A DNA stretch of 41,466 bases from the NCBI RefSeq assembly GCF_001194135.2, contig NC_068985.1:15423161-15464626 (forward strand), read 5' to 3'. The notes below the pieces were generated by a model, which made no database searches, was not told the origin of the DNA, and saw only the letters and a program-made list of their open reading frames with translations. Numbering within the stretch: position 1 is the stretch's first letter; every line of letters begins with the position of its first letter. This document shows positions 24,430 through 33,399 of the stretch, one piece after another. Made by a program: the position numbers and the translations under genes. The DNA comes from Octopus bimaculoides. Taxonomy: Eukaryota.

Positions 24430-25290
24430 TTGTCATGTATTTTAAGGCCATTTTCCTTGTTATAAGAGGCCCACCTTGCAAGCTTCACAAGTTCTTAATT
24501 TCACCCCTATTCTTTACACTAATTCTCATTTCCTCCGACACTTGTGACCATATCTTGAGTCTTCAACTTCTACATTCACTTTCATATTTCCTCAGCCTAC
24601 TCCCCAGTCATCTCAGATTCCTCTTCACAACATCCATCACTGTCTCTTGCTATCATTCTTTGGAACTCCATGTCTTCTCAGGAAGGCTCTGCTTATTTAC
24701 TGAAACATTCTCATTACCATTCTACCCAGCCTTTCATGTTGCTCCACCCATCTAAATCGCAGCACACATAAACACCTTTTCAGTAGCACTTCCCTTCCTC
24801 ATTAGTATTCCACTCAGCTCTAACTTCCACATGCATCTCACTGTTGCCAAGAACGATCCACCAGGGATGCATTTTCACACCATTTCCAAGATCTAGCCCA
24901 GCATTATACTTCAGTACAATTAATCCCCTCACACCACTTCATTCTCAGTGACCACACTTGGCACATCGCACATTTAAGAGTGCATTCCAACACTATAGTC
25001 ACATCAGCTCCGACTATATTTAAGCACTCATTCCCTTTTCCACCTGCATTTTACCTCCATACATTGTTGCCTATCCAAACCAATAACACCAGAAATCACC
25101 ATGGTAAACCCTATATGCTTTGAACCAGTACCTCCATCACGTGGTAGGCCTAGTAGACACCTGGTGTATTCCAATCTGCCCATCAACCTGTTAACTGTGC
25201 ACAAACTAACATTACTAACCATTCCATTGACCCTAACAAAATGGCCAGGTCATCACTTACATGGAACCCCAAACACTTTCTCCTATCATC
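24430..25290 (-). mobile_element. Old RTE RT/C-terminal fossil in DDX6 intron
   Basis: Minus frames give FHVSDDLAIL (resembles LYADDLAL) and KNDSKRQ*WM (resembles RNEASMLRWM). Many stops. Confidence 0.45.
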
Positions 25291-25340
25291 AGAAAGCTCT
25301 CATTGTCTCTGTATTTCTATAACTAAAATTAGCCATCCCT

Positions 25341-25630
25341 CATCGTTTAACATCAGTTTTCTATGCTGGAATGGATTGGACGGCTTGGGTCTCGAAAGCC
25401 AGTAGCTGCACCAGGCTCCAATCTGTTCTGGCAATGTTTCTACAGCTGGATGCCTTTCCTTACTCCAACCACTCCAAGAGTGTAGTGGGTGAGTTTTTGT
25501 GCCACCAGCACAGGAGCTAGTCAGACAAGCCTGGCATCAATCACGTTTGGATAGTGCTTTTTATGTTTCGCTGGCATGGGAGCCAGTCAGGGGCCACATT
25601 TGGACGGTGGTTTTTATGTGCCACCAACAC
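25341..25630 (-). mobile_element. RTE 3' end in DDX6 intron
   Basis: catcgtttaacatc...gtttctacagctggatgcc...gtgccaccag units. Confidence 0.85.
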
Positions 25631-27179
25631 CGAGCAAAAATTAAAACTACAACTTAGTCTCCAATTATCCCCTAACACTAATTTTATCTCCCTCTATATG
25701 CTTTCTTCCATGTAATTCCCAATCACCAAATCTCTTTCGTCAAACATTCAATTGCCTTTAATACATTATGCAACTAACCCTCTAGCTTTCCCCAAACTTC
25801 ATTACTCTCACCACTGAAATTCTTTTTCTAGCTATGCTAGTCCCAGAAATAGATTGCCCTATGATGCAATCCCATTCTCAACCTACCCCTGTTATCTTAT
25901 CTAAAATTCAACTCCACAATTGTTCCCAGGTTATCCATCAAAAAGGCAAACCCTGTCACATCCCACCTCAGATTAAAAAACTCCTGAAACCACGATCCAC
26001 CCATGTCTGTAGCTTTTTAACCATGATTTTTCATGTGCTTATCTGTTCAGTTTGTTATGATTCTTACAAAATCCCCATCATCCCAACATTGTTAATTAAC
26101 ACTGGTGCTCTTGTCAAAGATTAAAAATTAATGGAACAAATTCCAACCAGTTTCACATTCAATTGAAACAAGGTAATGCAATCAATGAAACGGTTTTAAA
26201 CCATCTAGCTTCATATATTGGTACATAGGAGAATGGTTTCAGATGTACAACACCAAGATTTAGATAGAAATTTTAGCTTAAGAGAGGCAGTCTCAGGAAA
26301 AATTCATACTAAATTAGGATATAGCAAGTTAGAGAAATTACTTTGCCTGCTATAAAATACTCTTAAACTTGTATGGAAAGAGCAAAGCATCAACCAGAAA
26401 TTTCTACAAGCTTTGTAGACACCACATTCAATTAGATGTCTAATGGCAAGTTTATCGATGTAGAATTAAAATCTTTGCTATGCATAAAAGCTTTATTTTT
26501 GGTAAAGGTACAGTTTGAATGAAGGATGGTATGAGCAAGAAGAAAGTGTCAAATGGCTTAATACAGCATATTAAGCAATCTAAGACCATTTCATGATCTG
26601 AATGGGCCAGTTTCCTATGGATAGGTATGCAGTAAGTTTAGTGACTTGAAACTGTGCCCACCCTATAGAGAATATACTTCTGGAAGAATACAGATGAGCA
26701 TTTAAACATTTGTGCTATCCATTTAAGCTTAAGCCTAAACTAAAATTTCCTGAGGTATATTCAACTTAGCTTTAAGTAGAGGAGCAATCCTATCAAAAAC
26801 CATGGTTCTAAGTAAATGCCTCTGCGATCATACTCCAAAGCCTATATAATCTAAGGATAGGCAGTACATTTTCATTTTCTAAAACTTATCCCTTTTAATG
26901 TCAAACTATTGGATAAAGCCTAAGGGAAAAATTTTGATCATCAAGTTTGAGAACATGAGAAACATTTTAAAAGGTAATTGCTTCCATAAGATGTACCGAA
27001 TTTAAGATATGGTCACATAAGTGGTGCACATGTACAATTAACACTAAAACTACAGAAAATAGACCAAATGCCAGGGAGGAAAACTAGTTAACTTCTATTA
27101 CCTAGGTGACCAAGTCAGTAGCAAAGGTAGAAGACTCCAAGGAAATAGCTGCAAGAATGAGAATAGGCTGGGCAAAGTT

Positions 27180-28000
27180 CAGAGAGCTTCCACTTGTTGG
27201 TAATGGCTCTCCCTCTAAGTGAAAGGCACATTGTACGATGCCAAATGCCAACAATCATGCTGCACGGCAGTGAAACAAGAGCTGTGGCCATCAAGGACAT
27301 GTGAAGGCTTAAAAGAAATGAAGCTAGGCTTTTTTGGATGCACAATGTCTGTGTGTCTCAAGAGAAAAATTGGGCATAAGAGGCATCAGATGTGGTGCAC
27401 AAGAGATGACTGCACTGGTATGGTCATGTAATGTTTGGATGAGGACAGCTGTGCGAGGTGCCAATCTCTGTGGAAGGAACATGTGGAAGAGGTAGACTCA
27501 GGAAGACATGGCATGAGATGATGAAGCATGACCTTTGAATGTTGGACCTCATTGACAGAAACCTCTGGTAATATGCTGTGCTTAAGACCCATCAAGCCAA
27601 CGGCAATGCCAGTGTCATAAGTGGCACTCATGCCAGTGACACACAAAAAACACCTTCAAATGTTGGGCAATATGCTGTATGCCAGTGTCGTAAATATGGC
27701 ACCAGTGTCAATAGCATGTAAAAAGAACCCTTCAAACTTTGGGCCTCACAGAGGCAGTAACAAGTGAGAGCTTTGGCAACACAGAGCTTAAGACCTGTCA
27801 AGCCAAGCAAGACCATAATCAGGGCCAATGCCAGTGGTGCATAGAAAGCACCCACTACACTCTTGGAGTGGTTAGTGTTACGAAGGAAATCTAGCGGTAG
27901 AAACCGTGCCAAATCAGATGAACCTAGTGCAGCTCCCCAGCTTACCAGTCAAACTGGTCCAACCTATGCCAGGATGGAAAAACAGACATTAATGATGCCA
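27180..28000 (+). mobile_element. RTE LINE 3' portion in DDX6 intron
   Basis: Colinear with 39720-40590 (gcatcagatgtggtg...ctgcactggtatggtcatgt...ggaagaggtagac). Confidence 0.85.
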
Positions 28001-29000
28001 AATCATGAATATTCTACATTGAGCAAGAAATGAACTTGAACAGAAGTTAAGGGAAAGGTAGGTACATTTTACATATTTTAAGTTTCACTGCAACCATTGA
28101 AAAACCTTTGCAATTACAAAAGTTGCCTATCCTTGATAGGCCAAACCAACATTGGTCAAGCAAGCTTATTAAATGAATTTCAACTGACCATCCTGACCTT
28201 TTTGACATTACAATGCTGGCCAACAAGCCATTTTCTTTTTAAGACCAAACCTAATTTAAGATTTCATCAAGTCAAAAATCTTTACAAGTAAAGTTTAAAT
28301 TTCATTCCAATCAATGAGAAATGCCAGAACTTGAACAATTATGATTAAAATTATTTGCAACATGAAAGCATTTTCCATGAAGTTACATATTAGTATTATG
28401 AGAAATAATTAGCAAAGAGCTAAAAGCTTCTAAATTTACAGAATTTAAGCTACAGCAAACTGTACCAAGTACACTTTAAAACCCTGTAGATGCTAACATA
28501 CGAAGAGAAAGAATAATTGTCAAGAGAATTTACAAAGATATCTTGTCCTACCAACAAGAATGAGTTACAATCTAATCCATCTCCCCAACTCTGCTGCATT
28601 GGTATTTTTCAAAAATTTACAGATCATTAGTTTTAGCAACTGAAGAGGGATGACATTTGGAAATTCCATCTCAGCAGGCTGAATTTGAAACATTTACTAT
28701 AAAGTCATCCAGTCAGTATTCTGCAACCCTGTGTATGGATAGACTCATCTGTTCATTGCTTTTGGAAGTTGCACATACAATTATGACCTTTAGCTTTCAG
28801 ATTATTGTTAAATGTAATGCTTATTTCAGGTTAATTCAAACTGAAAAAGCTAACTTGGAGAGAAGCAGAAATTCAAGATCATTTTTTTCCTCTTTTACCA
28901 AGGAATAAAGCAATTAATCCTAAGTAAATTTTATGCTTATAGACTGATACAATACAGAATTTTTTTCTAAGTTTTAAATACATAAAACAATTGTACTTAC

Positions 29001-29129
29001 CTTTGAGAATAGTGTATTTAAACAATGAACCTTCTGTTTTTCTCTTACATAGGCATAATACTGAGTCACACCCTTTAAGGTAAGTTCCTCCATTAGATTT
29101 ATTTCGTATGGATTATTCAAATGTTTTCG
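29001..29129 (-). CDS. DDX6: DDX6 coding exon 7 ([43 protein letters not shown])
   Basis: 129 nt, ttttaacag acceptor, AAG|GTAAGT donor. Not in the ORF track. Confidence 0.97.
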
Positions 29130-29527
29130 CTGTTAAAAATTAAAAGTCAATATTTATTGCATAGACTCAACATATTTGTAACCATTTCGCAAATAGCTTT
29201 AATTCATCAGCAACCAGTTTGACTATAAAACAAAACATATTGCCCAGAACTTAATTCTCATTGAAACTATTATAATTCAGTCATGCTAACCACATGCAAG
29301 CTGCATAAAATCTGAGTGGGATTAAACCTTTCTTCAGTGCATCTTTATCTCATTCCAAACTGATACATGACATCAATTATTAAAAGACTAAACCCAACTT
29401 CATATAATTTCTATATTCAAACATTTACAAATGCAAACTTTTGGCCACCTTACATGTGCTCACAAATAGGGTTTAGCTCATGTCCAGTTGTTACTGCAGC
29501 ACATTAAAAATATTTTGCACTGAACAT

Positions 29528-29900
29528 AGGCGCAGGAGTGGCTGTGTGGCAAGTAGCTTGCTTACCAACCACATGGTTCCGGGTTCAGTCCCACTGTGTG
29601 GCAAGTGTCTTCTACTATAACCTCGGGCAGACCAAAGCCTTGTGAGTGGATTTGGTAGACGGAAACTGAAAGAAGCCCATCGTATACATGTACATATATG
29701 TGTGTTTGTCCCCCCAACATCGCTTGACAACTGATGCTGGTGTGTTTACGTCCCTGTAACTTAGCGGTTCGGCAAAAAAGACCGATAGAATAAGTGCTAG
29801 GCTTAGAAAGAATAAGTCCTGGGTCGATTTGCTCGAATAAAGGCGGTGCTCCAGCATGGCAGAATTCGAATAACCGAAATAAGTAAGAGAGAAAGAAAAA
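29528..29900 (+). mobile_element. Family-A SINE, antisense inside the DDX6 intron 29130-29911
   Basis: Colinear with 10587-10960. The tail ends about 10 nt from the splice donor at 29911. Confidence 0.9.
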
Positions 29901-29911
29901 AAGCTACATAC

Positions 29912-30034
29912 CATAAAATGCTGCACAGAAACTGGGAAAGTTGCTGAATAAAGCAAGACTTGTCTGTCTCCTGGCAAATGGTTTATTATAGAGTCTAACA
30001 TGTCTTTGAAATCTTGAGATAATAGTTTGTCTCC
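29912..30034 (-). CDS. DDX6: DDX6 coding exon 6 (GDKLLSQDF...[15 protein letters not shown])
   Basis: 123 nt, ttcttacag acceptor, ATG|GTATGT donor. Second half of motif II and motif III. Confidence 0.96.
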
Positions 30035-30121
30035 CTGTAAGAAAAATTAAAATTAGTATAATTATAATATATTGATAAATGTATAAATTTATCAGGGTAA
30101 AAAAAATGAAAAAAAACTTAC

Positions 30122-30216
30122 TTCATCCAGTACAAGCATACTACATTTACTGCTTTTGACTACATTTTTATTCAGTAAATCGAGAATTCTCCCAGGTGTG
30201 GCCACTATGACATGGA
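30122..30216 (-). CDS. DDX6: DDX6 coding exon 5 (VHVIVATPGRILDLLNKNVVKSSKCSMLVLDE)
   Basis: 95 nt, not in the ORF track. ttttcag acceptor, GAA|GTAAGT donor. Contains motif Ib and the first half of motif II. Confidence 0.96.
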
Positions 30217-30418
30217 CTGAAAATATAAAAGATAGCTTGTAAGTACAATCATTTAAAAAAAATATAAGATTATTACTTTTCTGCTGGAATGCACTAAATG
30301 CAAATGAATTTACTAAAATGTGGCATTAAGCTAATTTAGAGAATGAATCCAGATGAAATTGATGGAAAGTTTTTAAACTAGATCACTAAACAAAGTCTGG
30401 CAGTGAAAGGTTTCTTAC

Positions 30419-30562
30419 CCTGATCATAAAGTCTCATAATATCATCCTTGAGATTTGTACCACCCGTTGTAACCATGACTTGGCAGCCAATATGCTTACT
30501 GAGTTCACGACAAATTTGACTAGTTTGCAGTGCAAGTTCCCTGGTTGGAACAATGACCAAAG
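30419..30562 (-). CDS. DDX6: DDX6 coding exon 4 ([13 protein letters not shown]...IMRLYDQ)
   Basis: 144 nt, tttcag acceptor, G|GTAAGA donor. Contains motif Ia and the GG doublet. Confidence 0.97.
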
Positions 30563-30801
30563 CTGAAATTAAGATTTTCGAAACAGAACCAAAATTCAAG
30601 TTAAGATCAGAAAATATAAATTCGTATGAAAATTTCAAAAGTTAGAAATTACAAGCTTTTAAAATGCACGAAATTTAAGATTTAAATTAAACTTCGAAAG
30701 TGCATTTCTACATCCAATTTAAAATTGGAATTGTCAACAAGTAATTAGACTGAAAGTTTAATTCTATATATAATCTAAATTGTACAAGTGAAACAATTTA
30801 C

Positions 30802-31036
30802 CTTGTACTTCGTCTCTGCCAGGATCACATCTTTCCAAAATGGGAATAGCATAAGCTCCCGTTTTACCCGTTCCGTTTTTTGCTCTGGCAACAATGTCTC
30901 TTCCAGTTAGAGCAATAGGGATGCTAGCTTCCTGAATTGGTGAGGGTTTTTCCCATCCTTTTTCAAAAATTCCCATTAATAATTCTCTTTTCAAGCAGAA
31001 GTCATCAAATTCATTTCCTTTTGTGTTCGTTACATC
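30802..31036 (-). CDS. DDX6: DDX6 coding exon 3 ([10 protein letters not shown]...Q motif, motif I...DEVQ)
   Basis: 235 nt, ttcttctag acceptor, AG|GTAAAT donor. Encodes GWEKPSPIQ and [11 protein letters not shown]. Confidence 0.97.
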
Positions 31037-31409
31037 CTAGAAGAAAAATCAGAAATTAAGCTTAAATACACAAAAACCTCTTTCATCCTACCTAAAAAGC
31101 AATTAGAACATGGTTAGGATAGTTGTTAATTTAAAATAACTTGTGTTCTGCTCAAAATAAGACAGGCATGCTAAATTCAACATTATAAACATTGGTACTA
31201 AGGATTACCCACTTCCAAAATCCTATTGGTTTCAGAGACTTTAATACTGACTTGCATTCAAACTACCACATTTAGCCTGACAAGCTATGAGATGGTGCAT
31301 CAGAGGATATCTTACAAAACTTTGGGTTTAAAAATGTAAATTTTAGAGAAGTAAAAATGAAAGAATACATTTTAGCAGCATCTAACCTGTGTTCCAATTC
31401 CCACACCAT

Positions 31410-32195
31410 GAATGGACAAAGTTCCCAGACTAGTTCTGTAGCATGCCAACAAATGGCACACGGATACACAGTGAGAGCTAGCAGTGACCTTCATGAGGCA
31501 GTGTGCCAAGTGATGTTGCTGTGTTTACATGATCATGTGTATGCTGGAGTCTGCAACTTCTTTTTTTTTCAAGGACAGAAAGTTGGAACAAAGAGCCAAT
31601 ATGACATTTTGCATTAAATTTGGCAAGTCTGCTACAGAGATGTTGAGCATGTTTTGGCAATGGGTTATATGGAAAGTTTCAAGTGGTACAAGCACTTCAA
31701 AAGGCAGAACATCCCTGGAGGATGAGTAATCTGGAAGACCTGCCACGAGCATCACCCATGGAAATGTGGAGGAAATTCAGTTGGTGCATGAAGGTAGATG
31801 TTTGGAAGCATTTGAGGGAGGACATTCGGTGAAAACAACTGGATATGTAGAGCACAAAGAATTGGATTATTCATGACAATACACTGTCATTGAGCTCTTT
31901 TCACTGATGATTGTCTCACCTAAAGCAGTATCACTTCCACACCCTTTTCACCAAGTTTAACACCTGTGGACTTCCATCCTTTTCCCCAAGATGAAAATGC
32001 AGTTCAAAGGGCACTTCTTAAAAAAAAGGTTGAGATCCAGAGCAAATCACAGAAGGTCCCTGACCTGCTTATGGAAAATGACTTCTGGGCCAGATTCCAA
32101 AAGTGGCAGGAATACTGGAACCAGTGAATTGTTGTGTAAGGAGACTATTTCGAAGTAGCTGTTAAAGCTTAATTTAACTAGTCCTGGAATTGATA
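31410..32195 (+). mobile_element. Internally deleted mariner transposon fossil
   Basis: Fragments LEQRANMTFCIKFGKSATEML, RTSLEDE, HDN, SPSLTPVDFHPFPKMK and FQKWQEYW...GDYFE. Residual TIR AGTTCCCAGACTAGTT / AACTAGTCCTGGAATT. Confidence 0.88.
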
Positions 32196-32793
32196 CCTCA
32201 TTTTATATACTCTATTCAAAACAAATTTTAATAAAAACTTTGGCAAATTGAATTCACTTGTTACATCTCCACCTTGAGACACTGATCTCACAGAAACTGC
32301 AACAAGTCTACAGATATAGACAATTGCTAAGTTTCAGTAAAGGTCAAAATATTCAAAAACATTTTAAACTGGAATAATGGAGAAATATATTGAAATGTTC
32401 AGATCTATCAGACTAGCTTAGCAGTTCAATAATTCATTAATTGAAGACTAATGGATACTGTACCCAGCAGAGGACTATAGCTATAAATTTCACTGATAGC
32501 TAGACTAAGGGTACAATAATAAAGATATCAAGTCTTAAAAACAAAGACAATTCACTCTACACCAGGGTTCACTTAATGACCTTGTACCAACAAGTGGTCC
32601 AAACAACCATTACAACTCGAAACTAATACCACAACTAAGATTTCAATGCACCTTCTGATGAACCAACTGCTAAATTATGGGTTTAAAATATCACCACCTT
32701 TACGCAATTATCAACTTATAATACCCGACTTTCAGTCACATACAAGAAACAATTTTAATTAAAACTGAACTGTAATACAATTCCCCATTCCAT

Positions 32794-32827
<34 letters not shown>

Positions 32828-32904
32828 TGTATACAAACTTTGGAGGGAATGCAATTTCGGTTAAAAAAAGAAAAAAAAAAAATTAAGTTTATAAAATCAC
32901 TTAC

Positions 32905-32965
32905 TGAAGTTCTAACTCTGTGATCTCTTTCAGGTATATTTAATTTTGCTTTCCAACCGGAATCA
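32905..32965 (-). CDS. DDX6: DDX6 coding exon 2 (N-DSGWKAKLNIPERDHRVRTS)
   Basis: 61 nt, ttttttcag acceptor, GTAAGT donor. Matches the WKxxLxxPxxDxRxxT segment of Me31B/DDX6. Confidence 0.93.
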
Positions 32966-33158
32966 CTGAAAAAAAATTCAGATACATATTTCACACTGGA
33001 ACTGAAGAGTTAGAACATATAGATAATTACACTTATAAGGACCTAGTTAGATAAAACTTTCAGTATTTTAAGATAGCACGGGGCTAATGCACAATATTTA
33101 TGTTAATTTCGTTTTAATTTCTTCGTCGAAGTCCTTATAATAAGAGTATTATACTCAC

Positions 33159-33262
33159 TTTGCATTTTGTGCTCCTGAGTTCTGTTCAATACTAGCGAGT
33201 AATGACTGATTGACATTACCAATGTTTCCGATACTAAGGTTCTGGTCATCAACCGAATCCAT
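33159..33262 (-). CDS. DDX6: DDX6 coding exon 1 (MDSVDDQNLSIGNIGNVNQSLLASIEQNSGAQNA); whole exon 33159-33329 includes 5' UTR
   Basis: ATG in strong context (AAA ATG G) at 33262. Donor AA|GTGAGT at 33158, acceptor ttttttcag at 33330. Phase 2 matches the next exon. Confidence 0.85.
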
Positions 33263-33399
33263 TTTAAAGCTAATGTGTCATCCACCAACAAAAAAAATGT
33301 TTTTTTGAGCCTGATACAGGCAACAGCAACTGAAAAAAAGAAAATACCGAAAATAACTTCCAAGCAGAATTTTACCAAGTTCCTCAATTCTCACGTGCC

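Larger units (their letters stand above)
19693..33262 (-). other. DDX6: DDX6/Me31B/Dhh1 DEAD-box RNA helicase gene, coding span (10 coding exons, 460 aa)
   Basis: Manual splicing of exons 104+61+235+144+95+123+129+181+154+157 = 1383 nt gives one open frame. It contains Q motif [18 protein letters not shown], Ia PTRELALQ, Ib TPGRILD, II DEGD, III SAT, IV IIFCN, V RGID and [10 protein letters not shown], plus the DDX6-typical [21 protein letters not shown] and EIKPIP-x2-DK-x-LYVAEY. Confidence 0.97.

Noticed and set aside
30029-30040. Alternative acceptor or RNA editing that would restore DEAD
   Set aside because: The only nearby AG (GGAG, 4 nt downstream) shifts the frame, and A-to-I editing cannot change GGA to GCA.
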